From Planctomycetales bacterium (lineage in GTDB: Bacteria > Planctomycetota > JAKEIC01): a DNA stretch of 64,000 nt. Under the pieces are notes generated by a model. It saw nothing but the letters and a program-made list of their open reading frames with translations. It did no database searches and was not told where the DNA came from. The stretch covers positions 4,012-68,011 of the forward strand of contig JAKEIC010000342.1 of assembly GCA_022614695.1 (NCBI GenBank), written 5' to 3'. The translations under genes were made by a program, and so were the position numbers. Of this stretch, positions 55,149-64,000 are shown in pieces. Each line of letters starts with the position of its first letter. The stretch's first letter is position 1.

Positions 55149-55622
55149 GTGAGCGGGTTCCGCCTCACGACGCTCGGCTACGTCCTGCGCGGGGACTCCG
55201 TCCTGCTCATGCGCCGGACGAAGCAACCGAACCTCGGCCTCTGGACCGCGCCCGGGGGGAAGATCGCCCCGGGCGAGTCGCCCGAGGAGTGCGTGGCGCG
55301 AGAGATCGCCGAGGAGGCGGGGCTGACCGTGCGGGCGCCCCGGCTCCGGGCGGTGATCACGCAGACCGCCGACGACCCCGAGGAGCGCTGGATGCTCTTC
55401 GGCTTCCTCGCCCGCGAGTTCTCGGGGGAGCCGCCCGCGCGCTGCCGGGAGGGCGAGTTCCGCTGGGTGCCGGTCGCGGAGCTGCTCTCGGGAGCCCTCC
55501 CGATCCCGGACGCCGATCGGGTCTTCACCCCCTGGCTCTTCGAGCCGGGCGACGGCGTCGTCTCGGCGAAGTTCTGGCACCGGGCCGACCTCTCGGTCGA
55601 GAGGTGGGAGAGGTACGCGTAG
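55149..55622 (+). CDS. NUDIX hydrolase
   Basis: GGKIAPGESPEECVAREIAEEAGL is the Nudix box GX5EX7REUXEEXGU. 157 aa. GTG 55149. Confidence 0.8.
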   Translation: MSGFRLTTLGYVLRGDSVLLMRRTKQPNLGLWTAPGGKIAPGESPEECVAREIAEEAGLTVRAPRLRAVITQTADDPEERWMLFGFLAREFSGEPPARCREGEFRWVPVAELLSGALPIPDADRVFTPWLFEPGDGVVSAKFWHRADLSVERWERYA

Positions 55623-55693
55623 CCCTGGCGGCGGCCGGAGATCGCCGTGAACCATCGGGTCCCTCCACCCGTTGATCCGAATAGGGAGGAGGG

Positions 55694-57454
55694 ATGCACC
55701 GGCGGGGATTGATCGTGGTTGTGGTCGCCACCCTCGGCGCGCCGCCGATCGCCGCGGCGCCGCAAGAGACGAGTCCGAATGCGCGCGCGACACTGCGGCT
55801 CGGCGAACGGCGTTTCCTGATCGGGCAGAGCATCCCGGTCCAATACGTCCTCGAGAACACGGGCCGCCAACCATTCCAGGTCACCTTCAGCAGCGATCGG
55901 GCGTTCCGCGGGCTCCAGTTCAGCGTGAGGGCGCGCGACAGAGACGAGGTCGCGGTCCCGGACCCCGTCCGGAGTCCCGAGAGGGGCTGCACTGGTGGAC
56001 TGGAGATCACAGAGACGCTCGAACCCGGTGACCTCAGGAGCCAGTGGTTCGAGTTGAACGAATACTGCCGATTCGTGCGGGCCGGGAGGTACTCGATCAC
56101 CGTGTCGCACAACCTCGGATGGCCGCCGGGTGGCTCCTCGATCCCTCCGGCCGCCACGACGAGCGTGGAGATCGCGGTGCCGACGCCGGAGGAGGCACAG
56201 GGCATCGTCGCCGCCTGCGCGGAGTGGGACCGGGCCAATCCGGGCAGGGCAGCCGATGACTGGGAATTGTCCAGCCCGTTCTGGCGCTTGCGACACCCGG
56301 TCTACGTACCGGCTCTCGTAGGACTGTTGCGAGACCAGTTCAAGTCCGCCACCCTGGGCCTCTCAGAGATCGCGACGCCGCAAGTGACGGAGAGGCTCAC
56401 CGCCCTGCTCGAGGGCCGCGCGGGCATACCCGAGGGCACTCTCGCGGGCCGAGCGCTCGTCTTGCGACTGCCGCCCCCCCCCGAAGATCGGCGGCGGTGG
56501 CGCGCCATCCTGTCGACCTACGGACGAAACGAAGACTACCTCCGGGAGCAGGCGTGGGAGCCGCGCCTGGCGCCTGCGGTGCGCCGGCAAGCTCGCGCCT
56601 ACGTGGCGTCTGATCATCCGCTCTCTGTGGAGCTTGGCGCGTACATGTTGAGCTGTGTCGGCACGGCCGACGACCTTTGCGTAGTCCTCCGCGCGCTCGA
56701 CGCGGCCATGGCCAGACCCATGAAGCGGCGCTGCGTACCCGGATTCCTGCCCGAAACGCCGGAGGAGATTCTCGAGTTGGAGGCCGCGGCTCACGCCTTG
56801 CTTTACCGCGGAGCCCCCGTGCCCGCGGGGACGGAGACTGGCGCCGGGCTCGTCGTCCTGCTGGATCGCTGGGGACGCGACTCGGCCCGCTCAGCGGACT
56901 CGGTCACCCGGTGGTGCGCCGCCCTCCGCCACCCCCAGGCACATGTCCGGGAGCGGGCGCTGGACGCGATCCACTTCCCCGCGCCTGAGCCGCTGCTCTC
57001 GCGGGTCGCGGAGAGCGTCGGTGATCCCGACTTGCGCGTGCAGGTCGCCGCCTGCGGGGCCGTCGCCCGCCTTCGTTGGCCGGGGGCCCGCAAGGAGCTT
57101 CTCACGGCCATGCGTGCAACTTCGAACGATGCCGTCGTCAACGCGGCCGCTGGGGCGCTGGCGAACATCGACGCAGACTACGAGCCGGTGGTCGTGTGGG
57201 CGGAGCGCATCGGGGCGGCCGAGTCCAGTCACCAGGGACTCTCGCAGGTCATCAGCTTCGTCCACGGGGGTTGGCCGCGGGGCCAAGCGGTCTGGTTCGT
57301 TGTTCCCCCCGAGTTGCGCTCCACGCTCAGCCAGGGCTGGCTGCAATTCCTCACCGCCAAGGAACTCGTGCTCCGTGGTGGACGGAAGCTCCCGCTCTCA
57401 CAGATCCCCGCCGATCTGCTCCCGGGCCCCTTCGCCGCACCGTCGGCGAAGTAA
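55694..57454 (+). CDS. hypothetical secreted protein with C-terminal HEAT/PBS-lyase-like repeats
   Basis: Signal peptide, strong GGGAGGAGGG SD. Repeats ...RERALDAIHF / VQVAACGAVARL / VVNAAAGALANI. Locally lower GC. Confidence 0.5.
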   Translation: MHRRGLIVVVVATLGAPPIAAAPQETSPNARATLRLGERRFLIGQSIPVQYVLENTGRQPFQVTFSSDRAFRGLQFSVRARDRDEVAVPDPVRSPERGCTGGLEITETLEPGDLRSQWFELNEYCRFVRAGRYSITVSHNLGWPPGGSSIPPAATTSVEIAVPTPEEAQGIVAACAEWDRANPGRAADDWELSSPFWRLRHPVYVPALVGLLRDQFKSATLGLSEIATPQVTERLTALLEGRAGIPEGTLAGRALVLRLPPPPEDRRRWRAILSTYGRNEDYLREQAWEPRLAPAVRRQARAYVASDHPLSVELGAYMLSCVGTADDLCVVLRALDAAMARPMKRRCVPGFLPETPEEILELEAAAHALLYRGAPVPAGTETGAGLVVLLDRWGRDSARSADSVTRWCAALRHPQAHVRERALDAIHFPAPEPLLSRVAESVGDPDLRVQVAACGAVARLRWPGARKELLTAMRATSNDAVVNAAAGALANIDADYEPVVVWAERIGAAESSHQGLSQVISFVHGGWPRGQAVWFVVPPELRSTLSQGWLQFLTAKELVLRGGRKLPLSQIPADLLPGPFAAPSAK

Positions 57455-57484
57455 CCCCTCCTCGCGGCGGCTATCATCGAGCCC

Positions 57485-58084
57485 GTGAGAGTCCTTGCGG
57501 CCGCGCTCGCAACGATCGTCTCCTCCCCCGGCTGCATCGCGTGGCGGTCGCACGTGGACCCTGGGGTCGCCGAGTGGCCCGAGTCGGCGCGGGCGGCCGG
57601 GAGGTCCCCCGCCCGGGCGCGGGTCTCGCTCGTGCTCCGGCGCCAGGCCCGCGGCGAGGAGGTCCCCGCGCTCGACCCCGAGCGCACGACGGCCGCAACG
57701 GAGACTCTCTCGCGGCTCCTCCTCGAGGCGAACCTCGTCTCCGAGGCGGGTCCAGGGGTCGGGTTCGCTGACCTGGTGCTGCGCGTGGTCGTGACGGAGC
57801 GCGAGAAGGGGTCCCGGACGATGGCCACCATCACCTTCGCGAGCCTCGGGCTCGTGCCCTTCTTCGGCGGCGTCGAGGTCGAGGCGGAGTGCGAGGCGAT
57901 CGGCCCGGACGGGAAGACGCTCGCCACCTACCAGGGCCGGGCCGAGGTGACGCAGGTCGCTCACCTCCTCCTGCTCGCGGCCTGGAACGCGGGCGCGCTC
58001 GCCTCCTGCTCGACGGACGCTCTCAAGAGCGTCGTCGTGCAGGTCTCCCGGGACCGGGAGAGGCTCCTCGGTCCCCCCCGCTAG
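57485..58084 (+). CDS. hypothetical lipoprotein
   Basis: MRVLAAALATIVSSPGC lipobox. 199 aa. Confidence 0.45.
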   Translation: MRVLAAALATIVSSPGCIAWRSHVDPGVAEWPESARAAGRSPARARVSLVLRRQARGEEVPALDPERTTAATETLSRLLLEANLVSEAGPGVGFADLVLRVVVTEREKGSRTMATITFASLGLVPFFGGVEVEAECEAIGPDGKTLATYQGRAEVTQVAHLLLLAAWNAGALASCSTDALKSVVVQVSRDRERLLGPPR

Positions 58085-61041
58085 TTCCCGCCCGCCGCCG
58101 GCTCCTCGACGAGCTTCCGGAACTTCTCCTCGCCCCGCAGCGCTTGGAGGTCTTCGTCATTCCGCATGTGGTCGCGGTCCTTGTAGCCGAGCCCCACCGC
58201 CTTCTCGAGGTTCTCCAGAGCCTCGGATCGCAGCGCCGCCGCCCGGTCGGCCGCGCAGTCCTTCTCGCAGCACTGCTTCGAGAGCGCGCAGGCGAGGTTG
58301 TAGCGCGCCCTCTGGAGCGCCTCGGTGCGGAACTCCTTCGCCCAGGGGGCGGAGGCCTTCTTCAGGTTGTCGAGGAGCCGGCCCTTTTCCCCCAGCTTGC
58401 GGAGGACTTCGCGGGCCTGGGCGGGGCCCTTCCCGCGGTCCGGCGCGGCGGCTCCCGGCTCCGCCACGACCTGCTCGATCACGATCCCGCCAGCCGGCTC
58501 GCCGGACTCGAGGTCCGCGAGGGCCTGCCGGTAGAGGGCCTCGCAATGGCCCAGGTCCCCGTCCTGGTCCAGCATCCGGTCGGCTTCTGTCAGTTGGCTC
58601 CACCCGCGCCAGAAGCGCAGCGTCCCCGGGGCCAGCGCCTCGGCCTTCGCGGCCGCGGCGCCGACCTCCATCCCCGAGAGCCACGCCTGCGCCTTCCGGC
58701 GGAAGCCCGAGTCCTCGGGGATCTCCTTCAGGAACGCGCGCAGGTCGTCGGCCACCCCCGTGAAGTTCGCCTCGTGCTGGTTCACGAGGGCCCGGTAGAA
58801 GTGCGCGACCGGCTGGTCCTTGGCGTTCTGCACCAGCCAGTCGAGCTGCTCGCGCGCGGCGGCGAGGTCCTCCGGCGTCGGCGCGCTCGGTCCCCGCGCG
58901 CCCGGGATCACGTCCGTCATGTGGACCGCGGCCGCGCCGAGCCGGATCTCGGGGGAGTCGCCCCCGAGCCGGCGCGCCTCCTCGAGGTCGCGGCGGGCCG
59001 ACTCGCGGTTCCCCCGGGCCTGGTGGACCCGCGCGCGGTGCAGAAGCCGCGCCGGGTCGCCCGGATCGAGCGCGACGAGCCGCTCCGCGTCCGCGAGCGC
59101 CTCGCGGCCGTGCCCGAGCAGCAGGTTCGCCTCGGACCGCCCCGCGAGGATCGAGTCGGGATCGGCGCCGTACTCCACCGCCCGGCCGTAGTCGGCGAGC
59201 GCCTCTTTGAAGCGCGAGCGTCCTCCGCGGACGTTCCCCTCGCCGGACTCCATGTGCCCGCGGCCGATGCGCGCGGCGGCGCGGAGCGCGTAGGCGTCGG
59301 CGAAGTAGCGGTCGGCGGCGAGGGCGCGGTCCAGCGCCTCGAGCGCGCCGTCGAAGTCCCACGCGAGGAGGAGCAGCATCGCCCGCGCGGCGAGCGCGCG
59401 CTCCTCGCGGGTGCCGAGCGCGGAGAGCCGCTCGAGGTCGGCGTGGATCGCGGCGACCTCCGGCCCCCCCTGGATCCCGCTCCCGGTCTGGCGCGTGAAC
59501 GCCCGGTCGAACCGGAGCCGCGCCCGCTCGTAGTAGGCGTCGGCGAGGTCCCGATCCTCGCGGACCGCCGCGTCGTAGTCCGAGAGCGCCCCGGTCGGGT
59601 CCCCTACCAGCGCGCGGGCCCGGGCGCGCGTCAGGAGGCACTCCGGGTACCCCGGGGCCTTCCCGAGAGCCTCGTCGGCGGCGGCGATCGCCTCGGCGAG
59701 CGCCGCGCGGGCCGCGGCGGCGTCCCCCGAGCGGCGCGCCTTCTCGGCGAAGGAGAGCCGGGCGCAGGCCCGCTCGTAGGCCGGTCGCGCCTCGCGGCGC
59801 GCTTCGGCCGAGCGCCCGGCCGCCGCGGCGTGCGCGACCTCCTCGGCGCTGGCGCTCCGGACGCGCGCCATCTCCTTCTTCGCCTTCCCCGCGGTCGTGA
59901 GCCCGGCGGCGAGCGCCAGGGAGCCGAGGAGGAGCGCGACGCCTCCTGCCACGGCGACCGGGTGACGGCGCGCGCCGCGCCACGCCCGGCCGAGGGTCCC
60001 GAGGGGCCGCGCCGAGATCGGGGCTCCCTCCAGGACCCGGTCGAGGTCGCCCGCGAGATCCTCGGCCGAGGGGTAGCGCTCGCGGAAGTCCTTCCGGAGC
60101 GCCTTCTCCACCACGGTCCCGAGGTCCGCCGGCACGTCGTTCCGGTAGTGGCGGACGGACGGCGGCTCGTCCACCTGCACCGACTTGAGGATCTCGAGCA
60201 CGGTCTCCCCCACGGCGGGGGGGCGCCCCGTGAGGCACTCGTAGAGCACGGCGCCGAGCGCGTAGACGTCGGTTGCCGGGCCGACCGCGCGGTGGTCCCC
60301 GGCCGCCTGCTCGGGGGCCATGTACTGGGGCGTCCCGATCGCGGTCCCCTCGCGGGTGAGCCCGGAGGCGCCCTCGAGGCGCGCGAGCCCGAAGTCCGTG
60401 ACCCGCGGCCGGAGCCCGGCCCCCTCGGGCTGCAGCAGGATGTTCGCCGGCTTCAGGTCCCGGTGGATGATCCCCTGGCCGTGCGCGTAGTGGATCGCCC
60501 GCGCGACGTCGCGGACGATCGCCGTCGCCCGGCGCCAGTCGAGAGTCTCCTCCCGGATCGCCTGGTCGAGCCCCCGTCCGGGGACGAACTCCATGGCGAA
60601 GTACCTGAGCCCCCCCGACTCGCCCACCTCGTGCACGGGCACGATGTTCGGGTGCGAGAGCTTCGCAGCCGCCCGCGCCTCGCGGAGGAACCTCTCCACC
60701 CGGTCGCGCGCCGGCGCGCCCCCCTCGGGTCCCTCGTGGAGCACCTTGAGCGCCACGTCGCGTTCCAGCCCGGCCTGGCGGGCCCGGTAGACGACCGCCA
60801 TCCCGCCCCGGCCGATCTCCCCCACGACCGTGTAGGCGCCTACGCGGGTCCCCACGATCAGCCCGCCGCGCGCGTGGGTCGGCCGCGGCTCGGCGGCGGC
60901 GGGGACGGGCGTCGCGGGCGTCTCCACCGTCGGCGCCTCGGCGAACGAGCAGCGGGGGCAGAGGCCCGTCCCGGAGGCGGGCGCCCCGGCTCCCCCGTCG
61001 GGGAGCGCGGCTCCGCACCGGCTGCACGTGGACGCGGCCAC
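58081..61041 (-). CDS. Ser/Thr protein kinase with N-terminal zinc ribbon, TM and C-terminal TPR repeats
   Basis: CSRCG...CPRCS. GEIGRGGMAVVYRA, ALKVL, HRDLKPANILL, DFGLARL, YMAPEQ. TM VAVAGGVALLLGSLALAAGL. Multiple TPR units. Confidence 0.85.
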   Translation of the reverse strand: MAASTCSRCGAALPDGGAGAPASGTGLCPRCSFAEAPTVETPATPVPAAAEPRPTHARGGLIVGTRVGAYTVVGEIGRGGMAVVYRARQAGLERDVALKVLHEGPEGGAPARDRVERFLREARAAAKLSHPNIVPVHEVGESGGLRYFAMEFVPGRGLDQAIREETLDWRRATAIVRDVARAIHYAHGQGIIHRDLKPANILLQPEGAGLRPRVTDFGLARLEGASGLTREGTAIGTPQYMAPEQAAGDHRAVGPATDVYALGAVLYECLTGRPPAVGETVLEILKSVQVDEPPSVRHYRNDVPADLGTVVEKALRKDFRERYPSAEDLAGDLDRVLEGAPISARPLGTLGRAWRGARRHPVAVAGGVALLLGSLALAAGLTTAGKAKKEMARVRSASAEEVAHAAAAGRSAEARREARPAYERACARLSFAEKARRSGDAAAARAALAEAIAAADEALGKAPGYPECLLTRARARALVGDPTGALSDYDAAVREDRDLADAYYERARLRFDRAFTRQTGSGIQGGPEVAAIHADLERLSALGTREERALAARAMLLLLAWDFDGALEALDRALAADRYFADAYALRAAARIGRGHMESGEGNVRGGRSRFKEALADYGRAVEYGADPDSILAGRSEANLLLGHGREALADAERLVALDPGDPARLLHRARVHQARGNRESARRDLEEARRLGGDSPEIRLGAAAVHMTDVIPGARGPSAPTPEDLAAAREQLDWLVQNAKDQPVAHFYRALVNQHEANFTGVADDLRAFLKEIPEDSGFRRKAQAWLSGMEVGAAAAKAEALAPGTLRFWRGWSQLTEADRMLDQDGDLGHCEALYRQALADLESGEPAGGIVIEQVVAEPGAAAPDRGKGPAQAREVLRKLGEKGRLLDNLKKASAPWAKEFRTEALQRARYNLACALSKQCCEKDCAADRAAALRSEALENLEKAVGLGYKDRDHMRNDEDLQALRGEEKFRKLVEEPAAGGN

Positions 61042-61214
61042 CCCTCACTCCTCCTCTGAATTCGCGGGGAAGTCTACCCGGGCCCAGGGTTACTGACGAC
61101 CGGACCGGGCCCTCACTCCCTGGGACGGGGCTCCTTCCGCTCCGGTTCCCCTGCCTCTTCTCGTTCCGCGGGAATGGTTTGCGTGGGGATCCGGGATTCG
61201 GTAGCGTCCGGCCC

Positions 61215-62240
61215 GTGGCCCGACTCCTTCGCGTCGCCGCGATCCAGGCCGAGCCGGAGGTCCTCCGCCTTGCGGCCTCGGTCGAGAAGGCCGTGGGCCT
61301 CCTCGACGAGGCGGCGGCCCGCGGGGCGCGACTCGCGGTCTTCCCGGAGACGTTCCTCTGCGCCTATCCGGCGTGGGCCCACGCGAGCCCCTTCGACGAC
61401 CCGGCCGCGAAGCGGGCGCATCGGAGGCTCCTCGAGGAGTCGCCCCGCGTCCCGGGACCCGAGACGGAGCGGCTCGGCGCGGCCGCGCGGGAGCGGGGTC
61501 TGGCGGTCGCGATCGGCGTGAACGAGCGGGCGGGTCACGGGACGGTCCTCTACAACAGCCTCGTCTACATCGGGAACGACGGGAGACTCGCCGGGTTGCA
61601 CCGGAAGCTTGTCCCGACCCACCACGAGAGGACCGTCTGGAGCCCCGGCGACGGGAGCACTCTCGCGCCGGTGACGCTCGCGGGCGCCCGCGTCGGCGGG
61701 CTTCTCTGCTTCGAGAACTACATGCCTCTCGCCCGGTTCTCCCTCTACGCCCAGGGAGTGGAGGTCTACCTCGCCCCGACCGCCGACGACCGCGAGGCGT
61801 GGCAGCACTCCCTCAGCCACCTCGCGCAGGAGGCGCGGGCCTACGTGATCTCGCCCTGCATCCTGCAAAGGAAGTCCTCGTTCCCCGCGGACTTCCCCCT
61901 CCGGAACGACCCCGCCTGGGCGCGCGAGCCCGAGGCGCAGGTGCGCGGCGGGACCGCGATCGTGGCGCCGGACGGGACGGTCCTGGCAGGTCCGGTCTAC
62001 GACCGGGAGGAGGTCCTCGTCGCGGACCTGGACCTCGACCGGATCCCCGAGGAGCGCCAGATCCTCGACGTGGCCGGCCACTACGCGCGCCCGGACGTCT
62101 TCTCGCTCCGAGTGGACCGGACGGCCCGCGACGCCGTCCGCTTCGTCGGCGGCGACGGCCGCGAGCCGGGCCCGCGAGCGCGGAGGCGCGCCGGGAGCCC
62201 CGAGCGCCGGACGCCTCGGCGCCGGCGGGGCGAGTCCTAG
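61215..62240 (+). CDS. nitrilase-superfamily carbon-nitrogen hydrolase (nitrilase/cyanide-hydratase branch)
   Basis: RVAAIQAEP, FPETF, catalytic Cys in LLCFENYMPLAR. GTG 61215 (alt 61179). Confidence 0.8.
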   Translation: MARLLRVAAIQAEPEVLRLAASVEKAVGLLDEAAARGARLAVFPETFLCAYPAWAHASPFDDPAAKRAHRRLLEESPRVPGPETERLGAAARERGLAVAIGVNERAGHGTVLYNSLVYIGNDGRLAGLHRKLVPTHHERTVWSPGDGSTLAPVTLAGARVGGLLCFENYMPLARFSLYAQGVEVYLAPTADDREAWQHSLSHLAQEARAYVISPCILQRKSSFPADFPLRNDPAWAREPEAQVRGGTAIVAPDGTVLAGPVYDREEVLVADLDLDRIPEERQILDVAGHYARPDVFSLRVDRTARDAVRFVGGDGREPGPRARRRAGSPERRTPRRRRGES

Positions 62241-62247
62241 GACCCGA

Positions 62248-63528
62248 TCACTCCACCACCGGCAGCCGGATCTTCTCCCTCTTCCCGCCGCGCAGCACCT
62301 CGATCTCGCAGGTCTTGCCCGCCTGCTGCGTCAGCCGGAACCAGGCCTGGAAATGCAGTTCGCTCTCGAAGTCGGCCTTCGCGGCGGCCGAGAGGACCAG
62401 GTCGCCCTTCTTGATGCCGGCTTTCGCGGCGTTCCGGCCCGTGTGGGCCTCGTCCCCCCAGTCCACGATGTACTGGACCCGGAACGCGAACGCGCCGGCG
62501 GGGAGGCCGGCCTTGGCGACGTCCTCGGGGGAGAGTCTCGGTCCCCCGAACCCGGGCTTCGGGGAGAGCCCCCACATCGAGGCCCGCCAGGAGAGGTCGA
62601 GGGGGGACCCGACTCGCCAGCCGGGGCGCAGCGCGACCTTCCCCTCCTTCGCCTCGCCGCCGCGCTCCCAGGCGAGGGGGAGCGTCCCCCCCGCGAACGG
62701 GGTCTCCTCCAGGACCCACTGCACGTCGGCGATCGTCCGCACGCGTCGCCCCCCAACGCGCGCGAGACGGTCCCCGGCGCGGAGCCCGGCGGCCGCAGCC
62801 GGCGACCGGGCGGCAATCTCCTTCACGAGAGTCTGGTCGGCGGGGTCCAGCGCGAGCCCCACGCGGGCGGGATCGGGCCAGAGCCAGATCGAGTCGCGGG
62901 ACCAGCGCTTCGCGTCCTGCGCCGTCCGCCGCTCCGACTCGTTCACCATGTGGCAGTGGAAGCACTTGGGAGCCTTCCCGGCCTTGATCTGCCTCGCCAT
63001 CGCGGGGATCTGTTCGATGGCGCGGACGGGGGCGGGCTTCGGAGGCCGCGGGCTCTTCCCGTACTCCTCGTGGTCGGCGAGCGTCTCCTTCATCGCGCGC
63101 ACGAGCGACGCGATCGAGAGCCGCGCCTCGGCGGGACCCCCGTCGCGGCCGCCGTACTGGCGGTAGATGGTCCCGTCGCCGTTCATGAGGAGCGCGGCGA
63201 ACGTGAGGTCGTAGTCGAAGCGGAAGACGCCGAGGTCCACCCCGGCCATGTCGAGGACGCGGACGCAGACGTAGTCCTTTGCCGCCTCGACGAACTCCGC
63301 GGGGGGACGGACCAACCGCCCGTCCCAGGACTGGCAGTCCTTTCAGGGCTCTCAGCGGAAGACGGCAAGGAGAGGCTTCCCGGACTGGGCGGCCTCGGCG
63401 CGCGCGAGAGTCAGGTCGGCGCGCCAGGAGAATGCCCCTGGCGCGCCCCCGTCCTGGGCGAGGGCTGGGAGAAGAGCCCCGGCCGCGAGGGCGGCGGGGA
63501 GGAACGCGAGGCGAGAGACGAGCGACAT
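62248..63528 (-). CDS. secreted thioredoxin-fold selenoprotein (two in-frame TGA: ...FR-U-EP-U-KDC) with CXXCH motif and PDZ domain
   Basis: ATG 63528 with GGAGGAGG SD, signal peptide MSLVSRLAFLPAALAAGALLPALAQD, SGKPLLAVFR. TGA at 63354..63352 and 63345..63343 in the same frame as ORF 62248..63315. Then KDCQSW...DYVCVRVLD (Trx_7 body), KCFHCHM, PDZ AAAGLRAGDRLARVGG. Confidence 0.6.
63304..63326 (-). other. SECIS-candidate hairpin 16 nt downstream of second UGA (63345..63343)
   Basis: GGGACGG-GCGGUUGGU-CCGUCCC (7-bp stem, GGUU-containing loop). Confidence 0.3.
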
Positions 63529-63547
63529 GGAGACCTCCTCCAGGATC

Positions 63548-64000
63548 CTAACCCGGCGCCTGCGCCCTCGGTTGGACGTCTCCCGGTCTCGTCCGCCACC
63601 GCCGGTGCATCCACATCCACTGCTCGGGCCGCTCCCGGACGTCGGCCTCGAGGACGCGCGTCCAGGCGAGCGTCGCGGCGCGGAGCCCCTCCTCGCCCGC
63701 CTCGCGCGGGGGGACCGGGATCCTCTCGTGGATCAGGGCCCGGTACCGGCTCCCCTCGCGGACGAGGAAGATCGGCCGGAGCGCCGCCCCCGCCGCCCGC
63801 GCGACGGAAAGCGGGGCGACCGGAGTCCAGGCCTCCGTCCCGAAGTAGGGGACGAAGACCCCCGGCAGGTCCCGCACGTCCTGGTCGGGGAGGATCCCGA
63901 CGAACTGGCGTTCCCTGAGGACGCGGAGGAGTTCCCGCGGGGAGTCGTCCTGGTACACGACGCGGAACCCGAGCCGCGCGCGCAGGCTCTCGGCGATGGC
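63548..64000 (-). CDS. lipid A lauroyl/myristoyl acyltransferase (LpxL/HtrB family), 3'-part (N-terminus beyond window)
   Basis: ILPDQD...GVFVPYFG...ATLAWTRVLEADVRERPEQWMWMHRRW is the LpxL C-terminal signature. Frame open to the window edge. Confidence 0.7.
   Translation of the reverse strand, partial: AIAESLRARLGFRVVYQDDSPRELLRVLRERQFVGILPDQDVRDLPGVFVPYFGTEAWTPVAPLSVARAAGAALRPIFLVREGSRYRALIHERIPVPPREAGEEGLRAATLAWTRVLEADVRERPEQWMWMHRRWRTRPGDVQPRAQAPG

Noticed and set aside
54070-56296. ORFs 54070..54984(-), 54437..55168(-), 55095..55874(-), 55178..56296(-), 55130..55675(+)
   Set aside because: Alternate-frame overlaps of the methyltransferase, NUDIX and HEAT-repeat genes, with no domain signal.
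58157-61059. 963-aa minus ORF 58157..61048 and 1056-aa plus ORF 57889..61059
   Set aside because: Off-frame or antisense to the 58081..61041 kinase-TPR gene, which has all Hanks motifs in its own frame.
1-64000. Mobile elements, CRISPR arrays, rRNA
   Set aside because: No transposase/integrase-like ORF, no terminal inverted repeats flanking the lower-GC islands, no regularly spaced short direct repeats, no rRNA-like sequence seen.

Overview
High-GC (roughly 72-75%) bacterial chromosomal window, dense in Ser/Thr-kinase, TPR and c-di-GMP-receptor (MshEN/DUF4388) genes, a gene content typical of Myxococcota-like genomes (inference only). The window holds about 48 protein-coding genes and one tRNA-Ser(GCU). 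I saw no rRNA, CRISPR array or recognisable IS/transposon. Many long ORFs in the six-frame track are high-GC artefacts antisense or out of frame to real genes and were discarded. Highlights are as follows. (1) An 8-gene co-directional cluster (10673..26883) opens with a full Ser/Thr kinase fused to a formylglycine-generating-enzyme (FGE)/sulfatase-modifying domain. Five tandem paralogs follow that retain only the kinase C-lobe (DFG onward) plus a TM helix and TPR repeats, joined by a conserved stop-SD-start junction. Gamma-glutamyltranspeptidase and an MFS transporter complete the cluster, and a sixth C-lobe-only copy lies on the opposite strand. (2) Two thioredoxin-fold genes carry in-frame TGA codons exactly at the first Cys of the CXXC redox motif, so they are very probably selenoproteins. 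Each has a downstream hairpin, and one has two TGAs. (3) A c-di-GMP-type signalling cluster comprises a kinase with three MshEN motifs, a 1496-aa protein built of five DUF4388+2xMshEN modules, a secreted beta-propeller protein and a PP2C phosphatase. (4) Several smaller oddities: an RF-1-domain protein with GGS in place of GGQ, a lipoprotein-type MEMO1-AMMECR1 fusion, an orphan PilX_N pseudopilin in a lower-GC island, and inactive M16 peptidase-like and YfhO genes coupled by a GTGA overlap. All start coordinates were derived by codon arithmetic from the supplied ORF translations. Functional calls rest on motif and domain recognition by eye, not on database searches.
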